DNA from: Diplonema japonicum
Taxonomy: Eukaryota; Protista; Euglenozoa: Diplonemea
DNA: 64,000 nt
Assembly: GCA_964019335.1 (NCBI GenBank)
Contig: OZ025655.1
Span: forward strand, 682,001-746,000
Direction of reading: 5' to 3'
A program made the translations under genes and the position numbers. Every line of letters starts with the position of its first letter. The stretch's first letter is position 1. Below, piece after piece: positions 33,073 through 44,498 of the stretch. Under the pieces are notes generated by a model, which was given only the letters and a program-made list of their open reading frames with translations, was not told where the DNA came from and did no database searches.

Positions 33073-36000
33073 CTAGGAGAGAGGGCGGGGACGGAGCACA
33101 GGGAGAGAGGGTTGGAAAGAATTGTGAGTTCTTGAAGACCATCTCATGCCGAAGGAAGACGAAGACAGCGTCTGCGCAGGAGCCTGATAAATGGGTGAGT
33201 GCAGAGAGGGAGGGAAGGGGTGTGTAGCAAGGGAGAGAGGATAATTCGTAGCATCAGAAACAGACGTGTTGCTGATCCATTCCACATGTGCAGTGCTGGC
33301 TGTCTGTTCCAAATCATCCTCTTTCTTTTCCATGTCTGCTTTCCGCTCGGACCTGTGGTCGGGGACATCCTCAACGACCAGCAATACAGCCGACCCCTCA
33401 CTGCTTGTGTCTTCAAAGATCGGCTCCGATGCCCTGCGCATTTCTCTCGCTTTTCTAACAGCTTGTGGTACTTGATAGTCAGACGGGAATTCTTTCTTCG
33501 ACTCCAGCAGTCGTTTCTGAGGGGATGCAGCATCTTTTTCCTGGTACTTCTTGACGGTGTCCAAGAACTTGTGGTACCGATCCTCTGACTGTTGCAGCTT
33601 CGTCACAAGGATCTTTTCCCTTTCTTCGTATGTGGCGGTGATCTGTTTCATGGAACGCTCGGAGCGAACCTTCTTGTACAATGTTTGGATGGTGTGCATT
33701 GCGTAGTAGTGCTGCAGTGTGAACTCGTTGCGGACGTACCGTACCTTCAGCCCTTCGGCGACTTTGCTGCTCACGTCGAAAGCCTCTTCGACGGTGATCC
33801 CGAAAACCTTCATAACCAACGACCTTAGTGTGTCCTCGTACTGCACTTGCTTGTCAATGTTGATGGGGATGTGAAACTTCGCAAGCTCATTCAGCACGAA
33901 CGTCGACTGTGCCATCCGCTTCTTCGACGACCTCCTCTCCAGTGCAGTGTCCTTCCACAACGGATGCGGCAGCGAGCTCAGCAGTTCTACACACTGCGTC
34001 GCGTGTAGCAGCCTCGCCCCCTCCGAGTCGAACATCAGCCATCTTTTTCTAAACACGCTGAAACATTTCAGCTTCCTTGTAAGTTTCAATCCACGTGCTG
34101 TCTCCACAAAGTGCTCCAGCAGGACAGTGATAAAGAGGTTCAGTGTGATGAATGAACCGATGATCACAAACAGTAAAAAGTAGAGGCGGGCCCATTTGCT
34201 GCCACAGGTGCCATCAGCTTCGGAGCATTCTGGGGGCTGTATGGTACACCCCTCCATGATAGTGACCCAGCCCTCTGTGGTGGCGACCTGGTAGAGGGTA
34301 ACAATGGCATAGGCGAGGTTATCGAAGTTGTTGTACTCAGTGAGGTACTTGGATCGTGCGATGTTGCCGAAAATGGCGACCCCGAAGACACCAAACACAT
34401 AAAAAATCACCAACAGCAGGACGAAGACGTTGATGCAGCTGGGAACACATGCATACAGCGTTTGGAACAGCAGCACAATGCCCCTTGACTTCGTCGCCCC
34501 GACGATTCGCCCAAGACGCAACATTCGCATCACACTGAACGTGCCATGTGACGAGACCCACAACCCTACCCACGAAACCGTCGTCACCATGAAGTCGTAC
34601 CTGTTCCACGTGTCCTTGAAGTAGCTCTTCCACGATGTAGCGCCTACTTTGAGAATGATCTCCACTGTGAAAACACAGATGAATATTAAGTTCAACACCC
34701 CCAAAGCCTTCTCATGGTTTGCCTTCATCGAGTGGTAGTGCGTTGACATTGCCACGGCGTTCAGGATGATGAACCCTGTAACGAGCACATCGAAGTACTT
34801 ATGGTACACAATGTCATGACATCGCTTTGAGACGTGCCCGGTAGGCCTAACAGGTGTCAAGATCAACGGATGGCCAAGCAACACCTTTTGCGAGTGGATC
34901 CAGTTTTTTTGAGTGGGGGTTACAAGGTGCAAACCCTGGTTCTTCTCCTTCATGGTAACAAACTGGTCGAAGAGAACGCCGATGAACAGGTTGATGATGA
35001 AGAATTGCCCCACCACGATAAAGGCAATGAAGTAGAAGACCATGGGCCACGAAGAGGCACCCCCGTGATCTGTAGCCTGGCCTGTCTCCGTTGAGTCTAT
35101 GCCTCTGAACATAATGGTAGCCCAACCGTCCCCAAGAGCAATCTCCCACAAGGTGAGCATGGCCTCTCCGACGTTGTCGAAGGATCTGCTCATGATTCGC
35201 CACTCCCTTGGCATGGACTGTATCTCTTCACCATAGGCGGTTGTGACATTGGCGTCGTACTCGCCAATGCACTCCGCTTCATAGCGGATGTCAGGGTCAT
35301 TGCATCCCCTGAACGTACCTTTCAGCAGCTGCACCCCTAGCACAGCAAAGGCAAACCACACGATGATGCTCAGACACAAAATGTTGAACATCTGCGGCAA
35401 GGCCATCACCAGTGCTACAACAGTGATCCGCACCTCCTCCATCAAGAACAGCAACCGCACCGCACGCATCGATCTAAATGCGCGCAGCACCGCCGTACCA
35501 GACCATATCAAGCTCACTATCGAGACTATAACAACAACGAAGTCTAATCTGTTCCACACGTTCCCCAGATAGGCCTCGTCGCCGCAATCCGCGCAAGGCA
35601 AGGCACCGAAGGCTATCATTTTGAGGAGTGCTTCAATTGCAAAGAGCACTGTAAATATAAGGTTGCCCCTATCCAGCAACTCTACCATGACGCTGTTCCT
35701 CCGCATCCCTGGGCTGTCCACGGCGTTCAGGAGACAGCTGATGGCGATCAGCGTTATAACTATGTGCTTGAAGCGCTTCCGTTCCACGAACTTGTACACC
35801 CACGCACGCGTTGCAGACAGCGGTCCAAAGATGAACAGCGATTTCCCTTGCAGCACAGGTATGTTGGCACGCTTGAACTCTTCTTTGCGTCGCTCTTTGG
35901 TTGCTTTGCGCAACTGTGAAATGGATTGTCGTGCACCGAATCTGTCTGACAACACGTATGTAAGTAGAGTTCCCCTTCCCTGCTGCTTCTTTTCTTGGAT

Positions 36001-39000
36001 CTTACGCTGCCAGTTTTTCAAAGACCTGCCTACGTGAGTGCGGTACTGCGTGTCTGCGTCATCGCCGTTGGTGTCGGAGTTGGAGGACGGGATGTCCTCC
36101 TCCATCATAAAGCCCTGCAGGTCGAGAACGGTATTCTCTTGCGATGAAGAGCTGGGCGTGTTGCTACTGGCCTCGTCGCCCGTTGCGTACTCATGTTTGC
36201 TGCCGCTGTAGCCACTACTGCTGCATTCGCGCGACGACACCTCGAGGTCATCAAAGTTGGGACACAAGAGGTCCAGGTCTAAAAGAGGTATCTCTGCGGA
36301 GATTTTTTCCACTTCAGGCTCGTCGGTAGCCTCGTACCGCACGTACAGCTTCGAGTTAGCGTCCACCGTGTCGTAGATCACAGTGAACGGGACATCTGAA
36401 CCTTTCTTGTACAGCGCAACCTCCGTTCCTTCGAAGAGACCGAGGGCGTTGCGTACCGCTTGGAGGGGTCCCTCTTCTGACTCGCCTTGGTACACCGGGA
36501 TGAAAACAGAGCCGATGGCAGCGGAGACCTTAATTAGCTTCGATTCAGGGAGGGGCTTGTCCTTGGTTTCCTCAATGTGGTTGTGCAGATGAAGCATCGA
36601 GTACATGCACTCCTGGCATTTCTCAATGGCCTTGATGAGGACAGTGGTCCGTGAGTTAACAATGACGTCTACAAGGCTGAGCTCCAGGATGTTCGTTGGG
36701 ACTCGCGCTACATGGCACATCCACAGGAGGCTCTGAAGACAAGAGACTATGGTTTCTGTAGGAAGTGCCAATGACAGTGACCCGCACATGACCTCCCCAC
36801 TGCTGTCAATAATCAGGTGGTCTAAAGGTGTTTCGGCGTACGAGCTCACGACCAGCAGGTCAGCTTCTCTCAAATGCACAGAGACTTCCTCCCCTTCGTA
36901 CATAAAGGTCACTTCTTGTGGTACCTCATCTGTTGTCACCGTCAAGTCCTGTACGTCGTCGAGGTTGATGCCCACTGCTTCGAGCACAGCACCAGGGTCC
37001 CAGATGTCGCTCCGATCCGTAGCATCATCATCTTTCTTTACATACTCTCTTGCAGCCTGTCGCACAATGCTGGGCACTTGATTCAGGTGCTCTGCAAGGT
37101 AGTACTTTGCCTTGATGTTCGCCACATTGATGACATGGGAGACATCGGGGTCGCGAAGCACATGCTTCACCACAGGGAGGAGCTTCCCGAAAACGAAGGT
37201 GAGCTGCTGAGAGTGGTCTGTGAAGATATCGTCCCCCCTAGCTGATGATGGGGACACTCTTGAGGGGGTTTCGGCACCCTGTGCCGTCAATGCCTCGAGG
37301 TCCGTTGCCAAAGATCTCACGTCCGAGTGGTCAGTTCGTACGTCGACAGCTCCGTGTTCTTCTTGGTTCTGCAGCTCTGCCCCTGCCGGGTTATGCATGG
37401 CGAAGCTCTCGATCAGCACTGCGACAACAAGGTTAAGAATGACGAAGTTCCCAATGATGAACACCATGAGGAAGAATATGCAGGACGCGCTGCCGTGTTC
37501 CGACATAGTGCTGACCATCATCTCCGACCACTCGTCGCCTGTCAGGATGATGAAGACAGTCACGACGCTATTCCCAATCCCGTCAAAGCTGTTCCTGAAC
37601 CCCGGAATGGCACCACTGTGGTTACGAAAAAGCTGCACCCCCAACATGCCCCCCACGAGAATAAAGAGAGCCATGATGCATACGATGCTAAGCACATCGC
37701 GGAAAGCTGTGAGCACAGCGTCGATAAGGGCTTTGAGGGAGCTCCATTTGTTGAAGAGTCTCACGACACGCAAGATGCGCACGATGCGGAACACGGAAAA
37801 CATATGTCCGCCCAAATCAAGGAAGATGTCGGGGGTGCTGAGCACCACCAACACAAGATCGGAGATGTTGTAGGTGTCTTGGAAGTACTCCGCACGCAGG
37901 GCGAAGAGCTTCACCACAGCCTCCACAAAGAAGATAACCGCGCAGACAATGTTGATCGTGCGTACCGCGCGCAACGCATCGTCAGCAATGCCATAGTGAT
38001 CGACACCCAACGCCCCGATGTTCAGCAGCGTGACCAGCATCATGAACCCCCACCAAATAGGGTGCGTCACTGATCTTTTCAAGAAGTATCGCAGTTTTTT
38101 CAGCCACGCCGGCTCGGTGTCTTCTTCTTCCACATACACCCCTTTTTCATGCCTCTCTGGCGCCACTGGTTCTGTCCCTTCAGATGGGGCTTCTTCACCT
38201 TTTCTTGATGGCTCTTCTGTGTCTGGCATGTCTTCGTTGTCCATCTTATCCGGTTCTTCCTTCGCGGTGCTATTCAGCTGCATAGCAAGCACTGCCTTTG
38301 ACACATTAGTCTTCAACGCATCCTTGGCTCCCAGCTCATCGTCATCCTCGTCTTCGTCATCATCATCATCAGACATCTCGTCACGCTTGTCAAGAATAAC
38401 AGGGAAGCACAATACCAAGGGGGTGAAAAGCACCCCCCCAAGGCCGATGCTGCATGGGCTGTAAGTTTTAAGGTCCATTGGAACGGTAGTGTTCAGGTTC
38501 ACTGTTTTCGATATCCTGATGTTCGACACAAGCACGGCAAGGATGAGGTTGAGGAAGAGGTGCGCGCCAAGAACGGTACAGCACACGAAGAAGACCCACG
38601 ATATCCACCCGGAGGTCTGCTGTGCAGCTTCTAAATCATGGTTCCACTCGTCGAGAGTGATGACCTTGAACATGAGAAGCAAGGCGTTGCCGATGTTGTC
38701 GAAGTTCAACCGCTTGACCTCGAAGAGATCCAAGTCAATGGCGCAGAACTGCGAGAGAGTGACACCGTTGTTGGAGGAGGAGCATTGCCTGCCGACGTCT
38801 TGCGACGTGCTGCAACGGGAAGTGTCGTTTTCGATGAGGAAGTGTGCGCTGTTGTTTTCATTATAAAAGGCGAAACAACGCTGGTGGGTGGACCCGCTCC
38901 ACAGATGGACACCGACAATGGCGAGAATCCACATGAGAAAGCCGAGGACGATAAGAAAATCAAAAACAGTATGAAGGGAGGTGATGAGCGCATTAAGGAC

Positions 39001-39576
39001 AACGGTAACGCTCTCCATACGGCGCATTCCACGAAGCGGCCTCAGGACACGGATAAGTCGCAAGGCAGCAAGGTCCGCAAGGTCAAAGGAAAGCTCCAAC
39101 ACGCTTATGACAACAACAAGGAAATCAACGACATTCCAAGCGTCGCGCAGATATGCATACTCATGCATGACAAAGCCACGCGACAGGATCTTGATAGCAG
39201 CCTCGATACCGAAGATGACTGTTGCGGTGATGTCGATTATGCGGCCCACCTCACGGACCGACTGGGAGTAGATCTTTGGGTCTTGCAGACACATCGCCAG
39301 CGAGTTCACCAAAATAACTGTGATGACAAAGTTGCGAAACAGCCTGTCGTCCACAATGCGGATGCATGTCAAGTGTAGTTTCGAGCGTGCGGGCAAGAAG
39401 TAGCAGATGGATTCCATGTAGTTGTACTCACCTTCTAGCCGTTCCCTCCCGCTCTCCCGAGCCATTAGGCTTCGTCGCATTTCCTTTAACCCAAGCCTTC
39501 GCATTACTAGATCGGTACTCTCCACTGCATCCTCTGAAGTGTTCTTTGCCGCAACAATTCCAGCCAACGTGGGCAT
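33073..39576 (-). CDS. Four-domain voltage-gated cation channel alpha subunit (Cav/Nav-like)
   Basis: Four 6-TM repeats with S4 motifs (LRLIRVLRPLR, FRIVRILRVVR, LRAFRSMRAVR, MRMLRLGR); pore loops TLDEW/TGDEW/LGDGW/TTEGW; EF-hand-like region and IQ motif (TIQTLYK). Confidence 0.92.
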   Translation of the reverse strand: MPTLAGIVAAKNTSEDAVESTDLVMRRLGLKEMRRSLMARESGRERLEGEYNYMESICYFLPARSKLHLTCIRIVDDRLFRNFVITVILVNSLAMCLQDPKIYSQSVREVGRIIDITATVIFGIEAAIKILSRGFVMHEYAYLRDAWNVVDFLVVVISVLELSFDLADLAALRLIRVLRPLRGMRRMESVTVVLNALITSLHTVFDFLIVLGFLMWILAIVGVHLWSGSTHQRCFAFYNENNSAHFLIENDTSRCSTSQDVGRQCSSSNNGVTLSQFCAIDLDLFEVKRLNFDNIGNALLLMFKVITLDEWNHDLEAAQQTSGWISWVFFVCCTVLGAHLFLNLILAVLVSNIRISKTVNLNTTVPMDLKTYSPCSIGLGGVLFTPLVLCFPVILDKRDEMSDDDDDEDEDDDELGAKDALKTNVSKAVLAMQLNSTAKEEPDKMDNEDMPDTEEPSRKGEEAPSEGTEPVAPERHEKGVYVEEEDTEPAWLKKLRYFLKRSVTHPIWWGFMMLVTLLNIGALGVDHYGIADDALRAVRTINIVCAVIFFVEAVVKLFALRAEYFQDTYNISDLVLVVLSTPDIFLDLGGHMFSVFRIVRILRVVRLFNKWSSLKALIDAVLTAFRDVLSIVCIMALFILVGGMLGVQLFRNHSGAIPGFRNSFDGIGNSVVTVFIILTGDEWSEMMVSTMSEHGSASCIFFLMVFIIGNFVILNLVVAVLIESFAMHNPAGAELQNQEEHGAVDVRTDHSDVRSLATDLEALTAQGAETPSRVSPSSARGDDIFTDHSQQLTFVFGKLLPVVKHVLRDPDVSHVINVANIKAKYYLAEHLNQVPSIVRQAAREYVKKDDDATDRSDIWDPGAVLEAVGINLDDVQDLTVTTDEVPQEVTFMYEGEEVSVHLREADLLVVSSYAETPLDHLIIDSSGEVMCGSLSLALPTETIVSCLQSLLWMCHVARVPTNILELSLVDVIVNSRTTVLIKAIEKCQECMYSMLHLHNHIEETKDKPLPESKLIKVSAAIGSVFIPVYQGESEEGPLQAVRNALGLFEGTEVALYKKGSDVPFTVIYDTVDANSKLYVRYEATDEPEVEKISAEIPLLDLDLLCPNFDDLEVSSRECSSSGYSGSKHEYATGDEASSNTPSSSSQENTVLDLQGFMMEEDIPSSNSDTNGDDADTQYRTHVGRSLKNWQRKIQEKKQQGRGTLLTYVLSDRFGARQSISQLRKATKERRKEEFKRANIPVLQGKSLFIFGPLSATRAWVYKFVERKRFKHIVITLIAISCLLNAVDSPGMRRNSVMVELLDRGNLIFTVLFAIEALLKMIAFGALPCADCGDEAYLGNVWNRLDFVVVIVSIVSLIWSGTAVLRAFRSMRAVRLLFLMEEVRITVVALVMALPQMFNILCLSIIVWFAFAVLGVQLLKGTFRGCNDPDIRYEAECIGEYDANVTTAYGEEIQSMPREWRIMSRSFDNVGEAMLTLWEIALGDGWATIMFRGIDSTETGQATDHGGASSWPMVFYFIAFIVVGQFFIINLFIGVLFDQFVTMKEKNQGLHLVTPTQKNWIHSQKVLLGHPLILTPVRPTGHVSKRCHDIVYHKYFDVLVTGFIILNAVAMSTHYHSMKANHEKALGVLNLIFICVFTVEIILKVGATSWKSYFKDTWNRYDFMVTTVSWVGLWVSSHGTFSVMRMLRLGRIVGATKSRGIVLLFQTLYACVPSCINVFVLLLVIFYVFGVFGVAIFGNIARSKYLTEYNNFDNLAYAIVTLYQVATTEGWVTIMEGCTIQPPECSEADGTCGSKWARLYFLLFVIIGSFITLNLFITVLLEHFVETARGLKLTRKLKCFSVFRKRWLMFDSEGARLLHATQCVELLSSLPHPLWKDTALERRSSKKRMAQSTFVLNELAKFHIPINIDKQVQYEDTLRSLVMKVFGITVEEAFDVSSKVAEGLKVRYVRNEFTLQHYYAMHTIQTLYKKVRSERSMKQITATYEEREKILVTKLQQSEDRYHKFLDTVKKYQEKDAASPQKRLLESKKEFPSDYQVPQAVRKAREMRRASEPIFEDTSSEGSAVLLVVEDVPDHRSERKADMEKKEDDLEQTASTAHVEWISNTSVSDATNYPLSLATHPFPPSLHSPIYQAPAQTLSSSSFGMRWSSRTHNSFQPSLPVLRPRPLS

Positions 39577-39807
39577 CTTAGCCTGGGGGGGTAGGGTGTG
39601 GGGGGGGGGGGGTCACAATTTTATTTGCTGGCAATCAAAAGGAGTGAAAAGAGAATGGGGGGGAGGGGGTATATCGTTGTAACTTTCTTTTTTTTGTACG
39701 GCACTCTTTTCTTTTTTTTTTTCTTTCTTCGAAATCTCTTTTTTTTTTTCTTTTTTTTGTTATTAATTCTTTTGTTTTGTTCATAACTCGGAAAAAAAAT
39801 TGTGGAA

Positions 39808-39850
<43 letters not shown>

Positions 39851-40023
39851 AAGTGGAGGGGGCCACCCGACACACAACAAAATAAAGCGATGTTCAAGGA
39901 CGCATCCCACTTGAGGACCACCCCAAATAATAACAAAAAAAAAAAAAAAAAAAAAAAGAACACAGTAAGAATAAATAAATAACCCCAACCCACAAAATAA
40001 AAAAAAGAACCCCCTGCCCCATC

Positions 40024-40779
40024 TTAGACAGATTCCAGCCCGTTTTGAGCAGAGGAATGAGCAAGGGGCGTCAACGGGACCTAATTGAATTTTTTTTTCC
40101 CCCCCAAACAAAAAAAAAAAAAAAAAAAAAAAAAAGCATACATTTTGATAAGAGTGTGAGAAGGCGGAAGAATCAGGCGAAGAAGGGCTGTTGTTGGAGT
40201 GTGAATGCACGTGCGCGGCCTCGAAGCCTAAACCTCTAGGGGACGAAGTTGTGAGGAGCGAGAGATCATGGCGAACAGAGGAGACTGTCTCTGATTCAAA
40301 TTGCACTGTGAGCGACGTCAACAGCGACTCGAAGGGCCCCTTCACACGCGGCAGCATGTTGGCAATCTCAGACCCCTTACGCGTACGCACTCTTAGGGTC
40401 CCGATCACCTCCCCAGGACGTATCGACCAGTACTTTTGGTCGGATATTTCAAGAACACCGTCGGTTGCCATTGCTTCCTTCACCGCTTTGTCTAGAGATG
40501 GTTTCAGTGCTTTTGGAGATTTTTGAAGCAATATATCGCTCCACTGTTGCTGTTCAGTCCACACTGACCACGTGCACAATCCTGCAGTGAGCAAACCAGA
40601 GCAAATATCCATTTTATAAAAGCTGAACATCTCGATGCACAACCACGACACGATGGACATCCCACAAACAATGCACTTCGACGGGAGCCTTTTCGACAGA
40701 GGGTAGGGCGAGGGGTTTAAAGAGGTCTCGTAAACAACATGGAGAACGAACTGCGAGAGTATCAGCCTGATGGTGGTGG

Positions 40780-40815
<36 letters not shown>

Positions 40816-41186
40816 CCCACACAAACATACATAAGCGAAGGTGGTTTCTGGTGGTTCGTCATGAGCTTCTCAGAGCCCTCGACTGTCATTGAAAAGCAGA
40901 AGAATATTAAAACGCACCCGTTCGCATAGCTTAGCAGCACGCCCAACCGACTTAAGGCAAAAGGGGCTTGAATGGTGGGTCGTGTTGACGCAAGTGCCGC
41001 TACCACACACCCTATCCCATTTTCCAGAGCTGAGTACATGAGATACACACCGCAAAGCATTCCCATCGTCGATTCCGTTTCCAGGCCGTCCAAAAGAGAC
41101 AGGACAGCCACCACCACACACACTAATATGTGCACTAAATCTTGCTTCTTACATGTCGCCCATATCATCCGGAGCAGGCCTGACAT
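40024..41186 (-). CDS. Cation diffusion facilitator (ZnT5/6/7-like) transporter; introns 40767-40830 and 40081-40141
   Basis: RLGVLLSYANG..F..EGSEKL and ILLQKSP..DGVLEISDQKYW..GTLRVR. Both introns restore the frame. Confidence 0.75.
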
Positions 41187-41413
41187 CTTTACCCTTTCCC
41201 TCCCCCTCCTTGTTTTTCGTTTCTTCCGCTCTCTCCGTATTTCATGACAAGGGGATAAAAAAAAAAAGTGCAGCAAGTTTTTTTTTTTTGGAGAAGGCAA
41301 GGAAGGAAGAAAAAAGAACAGAACAAAAAAAAAAAATCACAGGAAAAAAAAAAAAGGGAAAAATAATAAGAGATAAAGAAATGCTGCCATCTACCCGTCG
41401 TCTTGGAGTCTTT

Positions 41414-41461
<48 letters not shown>

Positions 41462-42410
41462 TTTTTTTTTTTTTAATATAGAGATGAGTTTAAAACCCAG
41501 TTTCACCACGTAAGGTGCACGGGATGAATAGGATTTGTTTCTCCAGCGAGGGGAGGCACAGGAACGGGATGGATTATTTCATGTTTTTTTTTTTCTTTGG
41601 TTTTCTTTCTTTTATTTTATTTTTCCCTCTCAATGTGATCACTGTTATGACAGTGAAGGGGAACGGCAGTTCTTTTTTTTTTTTTGATCTATCTCCACCC
41701 CAGAGGGAAATGGCAAAGGGTCCTTAGTTAAAGCAAGCAAAACCGTTTTAACCACCCTCCCCCCACCACTGCTACCACTCTGCTACAATGGACCCCCTTG
41801 ATAAGAGAAAAAAAAAAAAGAAAAAGAAAAAAAACACCACATAACACACGGTAAAATTAAATGCAAAAATTTTGATGGTTTGTCACCCTCCTTTTTTTTC
41901 CTAGGGGTGCAAAAAAAAAAGAAAAAAAAAGGATCCTTGGTTTTTCAGACGTCTAAAAAGGATGGAGTAACTAGACCTAAGTTTTAGAAATACTCAAAGT
42001 CTGCCCACCAAGCGATCTTTGGCTGTAGGACTTCCGGAGTAAAAAAAAATTCACCATGATAGGAACGAAGTGGTTAGCAACGGCCCGCCAAAAAAAGATG
42101 TCTTTGAAGGGAACCTGCAGTATGTGACAGGATCGCCTAAAAAAAAAATGTTGAAAACATATATGAAACCTATAGGGCCCAGGTTAGGCATATGGTTGAT
42201 TTTACTTAGGTGTCTAGTTAGCAGTTTTCTCAAAAAAAAAGAAGAGTTCTCCTGTTGAGGACGCGCGTATAGGGGGGGGGGGGTATATTTTATTCAGGTT
42301 TTTTTTTCTTCTTTCTTCATTCTAACAGTTTCCCTCTAAAGGGATCGGATAAAGGAGACGGGTTTTTTTTTTTTTTTTTTTTTTTCTTTTTTTTCCCCCT
42401 CTCAGCATTT

Positions 42411-43667
42411 TTAGAGTAAAACGGTTGCAGTAATGGTAACATCTTCAGCACGGGGAGAAAGGACCGTGTCGAGGAGCTGGAGACAGAGAGAGATACCCAC
42501 CAGCCAGGATACAATGGAACCCAGGTACGCCATAAGCAGGGTGTGTGCAATGCCTTCCTCGAAACATCCATGGAGCCCGGCCATGACCGTCAAGTTGATC
42601 ATGGGAGGGCCCGCTGTCTGCAGGAAGCACACAATGAGAAGCATTACATCGTCAGTCGTGAAACTGACGAAGTAAGTCAGCACCAACCCCAACAACAAGC
42701 ACACAACCTGTCTGCTGGCAATGATGCACAGCTTGGCCTTCATCGTCAGATCCACTGCGTCACTCTCCACCACCTCAATCGGGACGTCGCCTTCTTCGAT
42801 CGCTTCTTGCGATTTCTCTGACGCCATCTCTTGGGGGTTCTCTTGCATCTCTGTGAGACTCACTTCCAGGTTCACTTCCGGTTGCTCTCTGGTGGATTGC
42901 TTCCTTGACGCCCAGATATCTTTTGCGGAGTGTAGCACCCTTGCGCCCAGCACGATGAGCACCACAGGTACCGTGCATCTCCCTATCATGTTGACAGCTG
43001 TGGTCACCAAGACAGCGGGTGTCGTATCACCTACCCACCACTCCCTGAAAGGTGGGATGAAACCGATGAAGAAGGAGAGCCCGCATGCCATGACCGGTGG
43101 GTTGAAGACTTTCTTCGCACGCTCTGCCAGTGTTTGCGGCTCACCGCCTGCCAGCAGGTTGTACGCGACAGTCCATCTTGCAAAGTTCCACCACAACGTG
43201 GACGTGAGGACCAAGAGGGATGCCCGTGCGAAGAGTTTTTCTTCTGCCTCTTCTGCGGGGTAGCCTGATAAGTCCTGGACTTGTTTGGTCCTGCTGAGTG
43301 CTTGAGAAAGTGTCAGAACAACTGAGACAGTGTTTGGGAAGGCCACTGCTGCCTGCAGCACACCCCGCAGCTTTGGTTGTTTCAACACAATTGACAGAAA
43401 GTACCCGATCAGCAGCCCCCAGAACATATTCCACACACACACGCTCATTAAGGGCCACAACTCTGCAAGGACATCTGGCTTCACCTGCGGTGTGACCTTC
43501 CCCATGATAAGGCATGGGGTCATGATCTCCACCACAAGCTTGTCGATCACCTTGATGCTCGGCTTCGGGAAGACACCCTTCCATGCAATGTACGCTCCGA
43601 ACGACGCCACCAGCAGCACCTCGACGACCGCCTGCGTGGCGGCACCTGCCAATTCTAATAGGCCCAT
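42411..43667 (-). CDS. Auxin efflux carrier/PIN-LIKES (Mem_trans) family transporter
   Basis: AVVEVLLV..G..,PCLI, AVAFPN, FNPPVMA..IG.IPP, IGRCTVPVVLIVLGA, LQTAGPPMINL; two hydrophobic halves. Confidence 0.85.
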   Translation of the reverse strand: MGLLELAGAATQAVVEVLLVASFGAYIAWKGVFPKPSIKVIDKLVVEIMTPCLIMGKVTPQVKPDVLAELWPLMSVCVWNMFWGLLIGYFLSIVLKQPKLRGVLQAAVAFPNTVSVVLTLSQALSRTKQVQDLSGYPAEEAEEKLFARASLLVLTSTLWWNFARWTVAYNLLAGGEPQTLAERAKKVFNPPVMACGLSFFIGFIPPFREWWVGDTTPAVLVTTAVNMIGRCTVPVVLIVLGARVLHSAKDIWASRKQSTREQPEVNLEVSLTEMQENPQEMASEKSQEAIEEGDVPIEVVESDAVDLTMKAKLCIIASRQVVCLLLGLVLTYFVSFTTDDVMLLIVCFLQTAGPPMINLTVMAGLHGCFEEGIAHTLLMAYLGSIVSWLVGISLCLQLLDTVLSPRAEDVTITATVLL

Positions 43668-43835
43668 TTTATGGTTTCTTTTTTTTTTTTTTCCTTCTTT
43701 TTTTTTCCCTTCAAATCTTCCCCTTCCTAGAGCGAGATATAAAGCGTTGGTATCGCAAGAACTCACTTTTCAATGTTTTACCCCTGATTCAAAAAGGAAA
43801 AAGGAAAAAAGACATCGGCAAGAGACGCCATGCGC

Positions 43836-44393
43836 CTACAGACGGCGACCACGGCGACCACCCTGTTGTTGTGTGTGGTGTTGAGGTGTGTGATACCTTG
43901 CGGCGGGTGCAGTCAGTGGGAGTGGGGGTTACGTCCTCAATACGGCCGATCTTGACACCAGCACGGGCGAGGGCACGGAGTGCGGACTGGGCACCTGTGG
44001 TGTGCTGTGAAAGAGTGTCCTGTCGTCATACCGGGGCCGGGGGACTTGGTGCCAACACCACCGGTGGCCCTCAACTTGATGTGGAGCGCGGTGATCCCGA
44101 TCTCCTTGCAACGGGCAGCAACGTCCTGCGCGGCAAGCATCGCGGCGTAGGGGGAGGACTCGTCCCTGTCAGCCTTCACCTTCATTCCACCGGTGACACG
44201 GACGAAAGTCTCTCTGCCAGACATGTCAGTCACGTGCTGTGTGTTATTTCTTTTAAATCTAACCACATACCACGAAGGTGTCGTTGAACGAAGCGAAGAT
44301 GTGGCACATCCCGAACACGGTGGTCTCGGCATCGACGTTGGGCCCAAGCCTGGCAGCCTCCTCCTTAACCCTCACGACCTTCTTTCCTGGCAT
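43836..44393 (-). CDS. RPS14: 40S ribosomal protein S14 (uS11); introns 44237-44270, 43995-44031, 43863-43896
   Basis: After removing 34-, 37- and 34-nt introns: [74 protein letters not shown]. Confidence 0.98.
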
Positions 44394-44498
44394 TTTAATA
44401 TGGGGTGGTAGCCTGTGGCGATGGTCATGAACATGGCAAGTAACGTGAATGAATAGGAGAGGAAAAAAAACGGTGTAAATAAATATGGCCGAACGAAC

